Source: Bdellovibrionota bacterium
Lineage (GTDB): Bacteria > Bdellovibrionota_C > UBA2361 > JAAYZI01
Length of the DNA stretch: 64,000 nucleotides
Direction: 5' to 3'
Assembly: GCA_050950765.1 (NCBI GenBank)
Contig: JBMNIF010000003.1
Span: 544,001-608,000 of the forward strand
Shown here: one piece after another, positions 50,737 through 59,811 of the stretch
Layout of the letters: each line of letters starts with the position of its first letter
Numbering within the stretch: position 1 is the stretch's first letter
Position numbers and translations under genes: made by a program
Notes under the pieces: generated by a model
Database searches by the model: none
What the model saw: the letters and a program-made list of their open reading frames with translations, nothing else
What the model was told of the DNA's origin: nothing

Positions 50737-51363
50737 ATGGCTAACTCTACCCCCGAAATTGATGGTCTTGAAGGAATAATTATTAGACTCTTTGCTTACA
50801 GAGATTCAGATTTAATAGTACGCATCATCTCACCTACCTCCGGCAAGACCTCCCTTTTTGCTCCACGCGCCCGTAAAGGTGGCGGAAATAAGGCGAACTC
50901 GAGTATCGATATCCTCGATTGGGGGATATTTGAAACACGGGTCGGAAAAGGTGATCTCCCCATCTTAAAGAGTTTTCGTCCGCGCAGCTCCTTTCCTCGT
51001 ATCAGAGAAGACTTTGAAAAGCTCCTACTGGCAACCTTAATCTGTGAAGCCTTTGATGTCGGACTTCCAGAAGACGCCTACGGTGATAATAAAACCATCT
51101 TCACTAACGTCTTATCCACATTAAACAAAATAGATAGCGCCTCCTCTATTAAAGATGCTTTACGCGCCACTTACTTTTTAATAACGGATCTGCTTAAAGA
51201 AAACGGCATCTTAGACTCTGTAACAGCCCCAAGCTCACACGCTCTACTACGTCACCTTAAGCAACTAGAACAATACAGCGGACGCACCATCACCACCAAA
51301 GAGCAGCTTTCTCTAGTGTTTGAACAACTAAAAAGGGAGATTAAAAACAATCCCCCCGACTAA
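50737..51363 (+). CDS. recO: DNA repair protein RecO-like (short, no Zn finger)
   Basis: EGIIIRLFAYRDSDLIVRIISPTSGKTSLFAPRARK; ATG 50737. Confidence 0.75.
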   Translation: MANSTPEIDGLEGIIIRLFAYRDSDLIVRIISPTSGKTSLFAPRARKGGGNKANSSIDILDWGIFETRVGKGDLPILKSFRPRSSFPRIREDFEKLLLATLICEAFDVGLPEDAYGDNKTIFTNVLSTLNKIDSASSIKDALRATYFLITDLLKENGILDSVTAPSSHALLRHLKQLEQYSGRTITTKEQLSLVFEQLKREIKNNPPD

Positions 51364-51384
51364 CTAGCCGTAATTATTGATAAT

Positions 51385-51708
51385 TTATTGTGCCGCAACG
51401 CAAGGTGCTGTTTTTGTCTCGGTACACTTGGTAGCTGTTTTTTCCGTCGTAGCCTTAGGAGAAGAATCCGTATTACTTTCATGCGCCGTACCGTGTTCGC
51501 AAGTGTTACAACTATTTTTCCCATTATAATCAGTCTGATACCACCCTGATCCTTTCAATCGAAAAGAAGATAAGGAAACTTGTCGCTTAACATCACTACT
51601 GACACCACGATTTGAACAGTACGGACATTTTTTTAACTCCGCATCATTAATTTTTTGAAAAACTTCTATCACCCCACATACAGGGCAATTATACTCATAA
51701 ATTGGCAT
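51385..51708 (-). CDS. FmdB-family zinc-ribbon protein
   Basis: MPIYEYNCPVCG...CPYC...FRLKGSGWYQTDY. Confidence 0.93.
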   Translation of the reverse strand: MPIYEYNCPVCGVIEVFQKINDAELKKCPYCSNRGVSSDVKRQVSLSSFRLKGSGWYQTDYNGKNSCNTCEHGTAHESNTDSSPKATTEKTATKCTETKTAPCVAAQ

Positions 51709-51841
51709 ATAAAACTCCCAATAAAGTGCTCTACCCCTACGGCGTTACGCCTATAAGCATTACTAGATGCATTATCGATAGTAGCGGGGTTGAGTATAAA
51801 CAACTTGCGCAAGGTGTTTTTTCACTCTTTCAGCACTGTTA

Positions 51842-52153
51842 CTAATTACTACTTTCCTTTAAGTCAAGCACGGCAAGCACCTCTTCTAGGGAACCATCTG
51901 TAATTTCTACACTTTTTTCGCGCGAAGTTTGTCCTCTGATCACAGAAACCGTCGAGGGTGGCACCTTAAAAGTCTTAGCTAAAAATTTACACAACGCCGC
52001 ATTGGCTTTTCCATCCACAGGGGGCGCAGTTACTCCGATCTTCAACCTCCCGTTATGCACCCCTAAGATCTTATCTTTAGACGCCCTTGGAGAGAGTAGC
52101 ACCTCTAAAATCACACCATTTTTTGATTCATGAATTATATCAGCGAGGATCAT
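51842..52153 (-). CDS. DUF167/YggU-family protein
   Basis: PRASKDKI, APPVDGKAN, GQTSREK. Confidence 0.92.
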   Translation of the reverse strand: MILADIIHESKNGVILEVLLSPRASKDKILGVHNGRLKIGVTAPPVDGKANAALCKFLAKTFKVPPSTVSVIRGQTSREKSVEITDGSLEEVLAVLDLKESSN

Positions 52154-52488
52154 ATCTGATTAGAGAGTAATGTAATATTACTCATCGAAGCTTTTTTTAT
52201 CTGAACACCATACTCTACAAGGGACGGAACTATCGCCAACTGTAAAAATGAGATTACAAGGAGAGCTGCAATAGGTGTAAAATCGATAGATCCGAATACT
52301 AAACGTCTACGACCGAAGAGATTAAAGATCGGCTCTGTCGATTGAACTATAATCCTAACCAAGACATTGCTCGGATCTGCACTCACCCAAGACACCACAA
52401 CTCTTGCAATAATAAGAATCATTAAAAACAACAAAAGAGAGTTTAGAATGTTTCCGATCGCTATTAATATATTACCAAGCAAGATCAT
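52150..52488 (-). CDS. YggT-family membrane protein
   Basis: RVVVSWVSADPSN...TEPI...IDFTPI. Confidence 0.9.
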   Translation of the reverse strand: MILLGNILIAIGNILNSLLLFLMILIIARVVVSWVSADPSNVLVRIIVQSTEPIFNLFGRRRLVFGSIDFTPIAALLVISFLQLAIVPSLVEYGVQIKKASMSNITLLSNQI

Positions 52489-52557
52489 CTGTATGCCTCC
52501 ATTACACTTCTCATTTCTGTATTAAAAACCGACAATAGCAGAACAAGCCATCATAAA

Positions 52558-54363
52558 TCAATTAATTATAGTGCCTCCCCGAACCTCACGTGCCTTAATA
52601 GTTGCAATTGACCAATCGAAGTTCGGTGTTGTTTTTCCGATCCGCTCCAACAACCAACACTGCGCTGTGACAGCACTTTTTAAATTAATTTTAAGTCTCG
52701 AATGGCTTCCAAAGAAAGGATAGCCCTCCTCTGTAAAAAGTAGCTCGCCTTGCCACTCCGGCATTTCAACAATCGTTTTAAACTTAGCCTCTCTCGGTGC
52801 CTCTTCAGAGCAGTGTTGAGCAACCCTGACCCTAATCCCACGAGGGAAATCAGTATAAAAGAACCTACTAGGGGTAGGCTCTATCGCTTTAAGAGTTCTC
52901 GGTTCAGAAAAACGGAGCAACAACCATTCATTCCCGTTCTGCGTTGTTGACCACCGTGTTCTCCAATTTCTATCCCTTAAGGGAGAGAACTCCTCCTCTG
53001 AAGAATACTTTGAATCATAAAAACGGATCTGCGGATCAAGCACCACAACATCAATAAAACGTCCTCTCCTAGAATCTTTTAACTCCAAGCTCCACAATCC
53101 GAATGAGTTTAAAAGATGTAACGACGGAGAAGTCAGATATTTTTCATACACAATCTTTGTTGGGTCTCTCTTTAGCAACTCTCTAAACTCTTCCTTAGCA
53201 CGTCCTGCAATCGGAGATTGTAAAAGTGGAGTAGCGCCACTCGGCATAAAGAGAATCGCCACAAAGAGAGCATAAAATTCCGCTCTAGCAAAACTTAAGT
53301 GCAATAAAAAAACAAAAATAGTTAAAGCAAAAACGAACGGAGTAAGTGTAAAAAAGAAAAAGTGCGGGATAGTACGGTTCAGTGTAGCGATCGGCATAAT
53401 ATGACTAATATCTTCAGAGCAAGCGATATCAAGTATAAGTAACAAACTAAGTAGTAAGCTCCACCCAAATAGCCCCTTATTTTTAAGTTTCCACGCCGAA
53501 GGAATGCCGAGAACTAATATCAGCAGTAGCAGCAACATAGCAGGTTTATAATAAACCTCTTTTAAAAAGGGACGATCAATCGTCGGAACCACAGGAGCTT
53601 CTGGACCAATCAACGGTCTAATCATACCTGGCAAGCCATCATCCGCCACAACGTGCGTTACAACGTTAGCCGGATAATCAGGATTGAGAGGCACGGGAGC
53701 TTTGCATAAACAAACAACGGTCGGGAGAAGTAACAACGCAACATAACAGACTCGTTTACGAGAAAGCGATTCTTTCGTAAAAAAGAACGCCACCATCACC
53801 CCTACCACAACAAAGAGGATAGAGAGTTGATTTGCCGTCACCATTAAACGGTACGAAAAGAAAAGGGCTAAAATACAATATGGTAAACTCTTCAGATCAA
53901 GCTTTAAAGAAAGGATCGTAAATAATGTAAAGAGTGGCAACCACGCAAAAGATCCAAGTAGTACCGTGTCTCCTCCCCATAACCCAACTACACAAAAGAG
54001 CCACACCAAACTTAAAAGCGCTGCTGCGGCAAAACGGTTCGGAGAGATCTTTAAGTATAAGAAAAAGAGAGAGACAGTTCCGATCGAGAGGCAAAGCAGA
54101 TTATACAGTAACGGCATATCTTCACTTGCCACAGAAAATTGCGTACATAAAAAAGCCGCACCTCGTGCTAACAACGGATCCCAACGCCAATTCACAAAAG
54201 CGTTATGACTACCATTAGCTAAACTAAACCAATCACCGCTTACTGCCGTAGTAGAAAGTTGCGAAACCTGTTGCACATCAACGATCGGAAAATGCGTAAA
54301 CGCCTCCCACTGTAAGAAAGCTAATAAGATAAGAACTAAAATAGCAGAGATATACTTTATCAT
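52558..54363 (-). CDS. Polytopic membrane protein with C-terminal discoidin (F5/8)-like domain
   Basis: Many TM segments; DRNWRTRWSTTQNGNEWLLLRF...DFPRG...WSIA. Confidence 0.6.
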   Translation of the reverse strand: MIKYISAILVLILLAFLQWEAFTHFPIVDVQQVSQLSTTAVSGDWFSLANGSHNAFVNWRWDPLLARGAAFLCTQFSVASEDMPLLYNLLCLSIGTVSLFFLYLKISPNRFAAAALLSLVWLFCVVGLWGGDTVLLGSFAWLPLFTLFTILSLKLDLKSLPYCILALFFSYRLMVTANQLSILFVVVGVMVAFFFTKESLSRKRVCYVALLLLPTVVCLCKAPVPLNPDYPANVVTHVVADDGLPGMIRPLIGPEAPVVPTIDRPFLKEVYYKPAMLLLLLILVLGIPSAWKLKNKGLFGWSLLLSLLLILDIACSEDISHIMPIATLNRTIPHFFFFTLTPFVFALTIFVFLLHLSFARAEFYALFVAILFMPSGATPLLQSPIAGRAKEEFRELLKRDPTKIVYEKYLTSPSLHLLNSFGLWSLELKDSRRGRFIDVVVLDPQIRFYDSKYSSEEEFSPLRDRNWRTRWSTTQNGNEWLLLRFSEPRTLKAIEPTPSRFFYTDFPRGIRVRVAQHCSEEAPREAKFKTIVEMPEWQGELLFTEEGYPFFGSHSRLKINLKSAVTAQCWLLERIGKTTPNFDWSIATIKAREVRGGTIIN

Positions 54364-54365
54364 TA

Positions 54366-56642
54366 TTATTTTCTTCCTCTAAAATGGCTTAAAAAGAAAC
54401 GTTCAAAGGCGCTTTTAGCATAAATCTTTAACGGTTGATCAACGGGACACCCCTTTAATTCAATAAAAGAAACGTGTTCAGAGATTCGCCTCTCAGAGAC
54501 TTCACAACCTGCAACCTGCACAAAAGGAAGATAGGTAAACTTCAGCACAGCATCAGGAGTGTGTAGCTTCAGCACGACACAGTTTGTCTCCTGACTGAGG
54601 ATCTCTCCTGTTCCTTCCAGAAAGTAATCACCGTGATAATTCTTCCTCAAAAAAAGCATAAAGCGATCATTATGCCCACCTTTCCAGATTAGTTCATAAT
54701 CAGATGGATTTGAGAGGAAGAGTTTTTTTAACTTCGGTTCATGCGCTATAACTCCCTTAACGTTATAGAGATCAAAATATTCTTTCATTCCGGAGTGACC
54801 TTTTTTTAAGTACTCCACCGGAATAACATCAGTGTACCACCATTTATCGTGTTGATAACTTGAGGCTATTAACGGACGCTCTGCCTCTAACGCCAGAGGT
54901 GCAACATGTCCGTTACTTAACTCATGCATAATAAATCCGGAAAAGATCACTCTACCATCAGCGGGAGTTTTTGTTTTTATCGCTTCCGCCAACCCTTCAT
55001 AAGTCGGACTCTTAAAACGAAATTGCTCTAACGTCCTATTATTAAGGATTGCAGCTACGGAAAGAGGTGAGGCAAAAAGAAAGCCGCCCAAAAGTGCCGC
55101 CATAGTCGTATTAAAAAAAGCAGGCTTTTCAAGAGCACGCCTCATCACCTCATAAATGGCAACAGCAGCAGGGATTGAAGAGATAAAGACCAATACAATC
55201 AACATACGATCAAGCTCTAGTTGTGGCTTGACTGTTACAACAGCACCACCTAAAAAAAGTAGCCACAATCCAGTTATAATATAAGTTATCCTAGTGCGCC
55301 TGCGCAGTAAAAAGATGCCTGGCAGCGCCATAAAGATAAGTAACGGATTGCTATTGCCTGCTTTTTCGCGAATGAATTTTTTAGCCTTTATAAAATCCAT
55401 TTTCCCAGCACGGTGCTTATATTTGCGTCTAGTCGGTTTAGGTTGCACCTTATTCTCTGTTACACTCGAGATAGTATCGGCTGATTTAACGTGTTCAGGA
55501 GTTACGACGATTCCTGTTTGAGGTGCTTCAACACTCTCTTTTTTGCTCTCTTCTTTTTCTGCTTTCATAAAGCTAAAAACATTAGAAGCTTGTACAAAGA
55601 TAACTATCCACGGTGCATTCAATAAAAATAAAGTAATAAACATCCCCAACATGTAACGCTTCTTTAAAACACGTCGGATTAGAAAAATACCTATTATAAT
55701 TAACGGTAGAAAAACTACTCCAGAAAGTGACCAGAAAAGCATCAGTGTGCCTACCACAATAGTTAAGATCGTTTCTTTTAGAGAAAGAGCATCATCTTTA
55801 GCAAGGATCTTAGAAGCTGCAATAACGATAATCGGCATCAACGCAATAGAGGTTACAAACCCGATGGTGCCATACACCAACGCCCATTCATACCAAACCA
55901 AACTACTCGTCATAGCTAATAACGCTGCCAGAGCAGGGATGGGGCGGCTAAGTTTTTCCATGCGACAAGCTAGATACGTTGCAGCAGGAGTAATGCCAAA
56001 CATTATTAGAACGATAATAAGATTATAAATTTTCTCTACATCAAAGAGATAGATTAACGGAGCTGTTAAGAAAAACACATTTAAAACACCTGACGGAAAG
56101 AACTCTCTACTCTCAACACCACCATTCCAGAGAGGATTATAGAAAGGGATATCAGGGAAGTTCTCCTTTAGTAACATTAAGCGGTAATAGAAACTGGCGT
56201 GATCATCATTAAAGAGGATACGTCCAGAACTTTCAGTAAGAAACGAAGTTGTCAAAAGTACAATGGCTAGCGGAGTGAATAATGCAAAGACATTGAGCAT
56301 ACGCCGACGCAACAACACCAACGTTATAAGAGCACCAAGTATAATCTCACCCCTAATAGCAGGGCCTTGCAGCATTGAATAATTCCGACACAACCAGTCA
56401 TTAAAGAAAACTAATAGTAATCCCGCAGCAAAAACCTCCGGTTCAAGACGCAGCTCTTTAACACGCCCTCGTAACAACAATATGGAGAGCAAAATCAACC
56501 CTCCCGTCACACCTAACAGATACGTCCCTGAAGTAAGCCAAAGCGTCCCATTATTTGACCAGAAACGAACGATGCCGGATAGAAATATAAATAGCAGCAG
56601 TGTCAATGAAAGAGAGAAAAGTAATCTTGCAAGTTTTGTCAT
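54366..56642 (-). CDS. Polytopic membrane protein, GT-C-fold glycosyltransferase-like
   Basis: DDHASFYYR...FYNPLWNGG loop, many TMs, soluble C-terminus with YFDLYNVKGVI. Confidence 0.55.
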   Translation of the reverse strand: MTKLARLLFSLSLTLLLFIFLSGIVRFWSNNGTLWLTSGTYLLGVTGGLILLSILLLRGRVKELRLEPEVFAAGLLLVFFNDWLCRNYSMLQGPAIRGEIILGALITLVLLRRRMLNVFALFTPLAIVLLTTSFLTESSGRILFNDDHASFYYRLMLLKENFPDIPFYNPLWNGGVESREFFPSGVLNVFFLTAPLIYLFDVEKIYNLIIVLIMFGITPAATYLACRMEKLSRPIPALAALLAMTSSLVWYEWALVYGTIGFVTSIALMPIIVIAASKILAKDDALSLKETILTIVVGTLMLFWSLSGVVFLPLIIIGIFLIRRVLKKRYMLGMFITLFLLNAPWIVIFVQASNVFSFMKAEKEESKKESVEAPQTGIVVTPEHVKSADTISSVTENKVQPKPTRRKYKHRAGKMDFIKAKKFIREKAGNSNPLLIFMALPGIFLLRRRTRITYIITGLWLLFLGGAVVTVKPQLELDRMLIVLVFISSIPAAVAIYEVMRRALEKPAFFNTTMAALLGGFLFASPLSVAAILNNRTLEQFRFKSPTYEGLAEAIKTKTPADGRVIFSGFIMHELSNGHVAPLALEAERPLIASSYQHDKWWYTDVIPVEYLKKGHSGMKEYFDLYNVKGVIAHEPKLKKLFLSNPSDYELIWKGGHNDRFMLFLRKNYHGDYFLEGTGEILSQETNCVVLKLHTPDAVLKFTYLPFVQVAGCEVSERRISEHVSFIELKGCPVDQPLKIYAKSAFERFFLSHFRGRK

Positions 56643-56876
56643 GCTATCCTCAGTAAGAATATAGATTCCGAGCTAGGATAATTGAAACAGTCAAAAAATG
56701 GTACTATTCTTAAATTTCTTCATTTTTATCTGTATTTAAGAAGGTTTAAAGACACTGCAATTTGTCTTGGATATCTTTACAACTACTTGATCACTTTCGA
56801 AATTTTCGCTAGCATCGGGAACGCTGTCATTAGCAAAAAGTCATCCTTTTTCCTATTTTCATTGCAGCAATGGTGT

Positions 56877-56957
56877 GCGGAGGTGGTGGAATGGCAGACA
56901 CGCCAGACTTAGGATCTGGTGCCGCAAGGCTTGGGGGTTCAACTCCCCCTCTCCGCA
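56877..56957 (+). tRNA. tRNA-Leu (anticodon TAG)
   Basis: Acceptor GCGGAGG/TCTCCGC; anticodon arm CCAGA-CTTAGGA-TCTGG; variable arm GCCGCAAGGC; T-arm GGGGG-TTCAACT-CCCCC; CCA not encoded. Confidence 0.95.
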
Positions 56958-57032
56958 TTTTTAGATCAATTCCTCTCCTTTGATGTGTAGCAACTTTAAT
57001 TTATACCGGCAAAGTCTCCTCTTTAACTTTGC

Positions 57033-57218
57033 TTATTTATTTTTACCAGCTTTAATGTTTGCATTTTGTTGCCAATCTTCGCCGTCAATTAATAAACGTT
57101 GAGCCTTTGGTGTTTTTCCTGGAGTATACTTGTATACTATTTCAAAAGAATTTTTTCCCATTCTAAACATATGATCTAAACTGTAAGCATATTCTTCAGG
57201 GATATAGCATTGATTCTC
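57033..57218 (-). pseudogene. AT-rich 3' gene fragment downstream of tRNA-Leu
   Basis: 61 open codons ENQCYIPEEY...AGKNK* bounded by an upstream stop. Confidence 0.3.
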
Positions 57219-57264
57219 TTAAATACTTAAAAGCACTTCATACAAAGAGAGTTATCGTTAGATA

Positions 57265-59709
57265 CTAGATCCTTTCATCTCTATCTTTAAGAATATCAAA
57301 ATGTTTACGATATTCCGCCTTTACTTCCGGATCCTTCTCCTCTTTAAATCTATCAATAACGATCTTTAACGCTGCAATGTTGTTTGTGCGGATAGACTTT
57401 AAAGCTACGATCCTAACCTTCTTACTCTTATGTTTTAAGAGCTCAAGTCGTTCCACTAATGCAACTGAATTTTGATGTTTTTCAAGGACAAACGCTAAGA
57501 GATCTGCGTTCGTACTTTCTAAGAAAATCGAGACCAACTTGACAGGATTATCAACTATATCAAAAGCGTGTACAGCCTTTTCAACCTTCTCCCACGCCAT
57601 CATATCAGCCATAGCCAATACACCGACAGCGTGCCCCAACTCTGCTCGTTTATCCCAATGTTCAATCCGCACCCAATTTACAAGAGCTGCCGCCGGATCT
57701 TCCGTAAGACTTTTACCAGCTAAGATTTCAAAAGCCTCCTGTACGATCTCTTCATCTTCATTATCAGCTAATATCGCCAACAAGATCTTTTCAGCATCTT
57801 TATCAACCCAAACTCCGAAGCTGGCTAGATCACTTACCTTACTTTTACCGGCAGAAGCACTAATCAAAGCATTCAAAACATTGGCTGGAAGATCATTTCT
57901 ATCACGCACAACTTTTAAGAAATACATCCGTGTTGGATCTAAAATTCCTCTATTAAGTGCGAGATCGGCGATGGCTCTGGTACTGATATCATTACGCTCT
58001 GATAAAATCGGCATTATCTTAAGGATATCTTCATTCGTTAGTAGCTCCTTTTTCTGTATTATATCCTCACCAAAAACAGTAGCTAACTGCGAATGCATTA
58101 AAAGCAAAGCTAAAACAGAATATTCCGAAGCCTCATCAATACTTAAAGCATCACCTACCATCTGCGACAAAACAAGTTGATACTCCTGCATATCCCTTGA
58201 GTCTAAAGCTAATGATGCCGTCAACCTCAAAACAAATTCAGGCTCTTTAGGATAAGCGCTTTTTAGAAGCTTTTGACGTTCTTCCATCGGTAAGGTCGGA
58301 TTAAGCGCTTTCAAAACATTAGTGTAGTGCGGAGGAAGATCTTTACCACGTAACCTGTTAAGCCAAGCCCTGACCTGTCCAGCACTTCGCATCCAACCGG
58401 TCTTACTAACGATCCGAATTAAAACTTTTTCAGCGTCCTGTCTGAGATCTTCTGTCGGAGCGTCTTTAGCAAGGTGCACAATCGTAAGATAGGCACGCGG
58501 ATCATCTGAATCTTGCCATTTCTTTAAAAGGTGTTGAAAATCATTCTCTTGCAATTTGCGCTGTTTATCTAGCACTGAGGTAGTTGTCTCACCAAACGGA
58601 TTCTGATTATTTTCTAGCGGTGCTATCGGAACAACTTCCTCTCCTCCACCTGAAAAAAGCACCACCACTATCACACAAAACACAGCAGCAGCGATTGCTA
58701 TAAGTTTTTTCTTCTTCGCCTTCTGCGCGCGTGCTGCTTCTTCTTCAGCAGCAGCCATCTTTTGTTGCGCCAACTTCGGATCGGGAGCTACATATTGAGA
58801 AGATCCAGAGCTTGAAGTCGTAGAAGTTGAAGGTTTTACCAAAGAAGGCTTTGCCTCCGCACGTACAGCTGGAGCTTGTGTAGCGGAGAGGGCATTTTGT
58901 CTGATATCAGTGATAGCTTGCAGCACCTCTGCCGCAGATTGAAATCTTTTTTGAGGATCTGGTTCTAAACAACGAAAGATAACTTGTTCAGCCCAAATCG
59001 GGGGTATCGATAGATATTTAGAGATCGGTTCAACTCGTGTAAGATTAAAAGTCGTACCCAATTCTGCTATCCCTTCTCCGTAAGGATATCTACCCGTAAA
59101 AAAGAGATACCCTAATACTCCGAAGGCAAAGATATCTGATGCTTTTGAAAAAGGTGCGCCATCTTTTAACTCTGGAGCAACAAACGGCAAGACTTCAACT
59201 GAAGGGGGTGTGTTGCTAAAAGCATTCGTAGCATTGGCGATCCCCAACACGGATATCATGGAGAGATCCCCTAAGCGATCGATCCAGAAAGAAGCTCCGC
59301 ACAGATCTTCACAAACGATATCAGCTTTATGTAAGCGATCTACCAAACGTAAACACGAGATAAAACGTCTCTCCGCTTCCACAACTTCGATATTACCACT
59401 TCCCGCCGGATGTCCGTCCAACTTAGTAAAAACTACAAATGCTATCCCTTGCGTATCGACACCAAAGGCTAACGGTTCAATCAGGGGTGGCTTGATTGCA
59501 GTAATTTTTTCCATTCTTTCAAGAAAAGTCTTGACTGCTTCAGAATCAATTGCCAGTGGAGAACGCATCATCCACAGTGAAACGTGATTACCCGTCGCTT
59601 TTTCAACTGCGTCATAAGCATCAGCACCCCATGTCGAAACAAACTGCCCCTGTAAAGAATAATAATCTGTAATTACTCCTGGTGTATGTAACGACTGCAA
59701 GTTATCCAT
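57265..59709 (-). CDS. Membrane-anchored Hanks-type pseudokinase with C-terminal helical/HEAT-like domain
   Basis: APE, SDIFAFG and PDPQKRF kept; VAIK>VSLW, HRDLKPxN>CEDLCGAS, DFG>VLG; one TM IAIAAAVFCVIVVVLFS. Confidence 0.8.
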   Translation of the reverse strand: MDNLQSLHTPGVITDYYSLQGQFVSTWGADAYDAVEKATGNHVSLWMMRSPLAIDSEAVKTFLERMEKITAIKPPLIEPLAFGVDTQGIAFVVFTKLDGHPAGSGNIEVVEAERRFISCLRLVDRLHKADIVCEDLCGASFWIDRLGDLSMISVLGIANATNAFSNTPPSVEVLPFVAPELKDGAPFSKASDIFAFGVLGYLFFTGRYPYGEGIAELGTTFNLTRVEPISKYLSIPPIWAEQVIFRCLEPDPQKRFQSAAEVLQAITDIRQNALSATQAPAVRAEAKPSLVKPSTSTTSSSGSSQYVAPDPKLAQQKMAAAEEEAARAQKAKKKKLIAIAAAVFCVIVVVLFSGGGEEVVPIAPLENNQNPFGETTTSVLDKQRKLQENDFQHLLKKWQDSDDPRAYLTIVHLAKDAPTEDLRQDAEKVLIRIVSKTGWMRSAGQVRAWLNRLRGKDLPPHYTNVLKALNPTLPMEERQKLLKSAYPKEPEFVLRLTASLALDSRDMQEYQLVLSQMVGDALSIDEASEYSVLALLLMHSQLATVFGEDIIQKKELLTNEDILKIMPILSERNDISTRAIADLALNRGILDPTRMYFLKVVRDRNDLPANVLNALISASAGKSKVSDLASFGVWVDKDAEKILLAILADNEDEEIVQEAFEILAGKSLTEDPAAALVNWVRIEHWDKRAELGHAVGVLAMADMMAWEKVEKAVHAFDIVDNPVKLVSIFLESTNADLLAFVLEKHQNSVALVERLELLKHKSKKVRIVALKSIRTNNIAALKIVIDRFKEEKDPEVKAEYRKHFDILKDRDERI

Positions 59710-59811
59710 AATTACCTTCCTCCACAGCTCAAGTGAACCATTAGCATATCCTTAGATGAGTGTTTATATTCTTTCAAGCACACTCAAAGCTCACCATTTC
59801 ACCCCTTACGT

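Noticed and set aside
59752..59778. Third RpoH-type promoter (CTTGAA-N12-CTCATCTAA) upstream of the pseudokinase
   Set aside because: Spacer is 4 bp shorter than in the hsp20 and dnaK copies.
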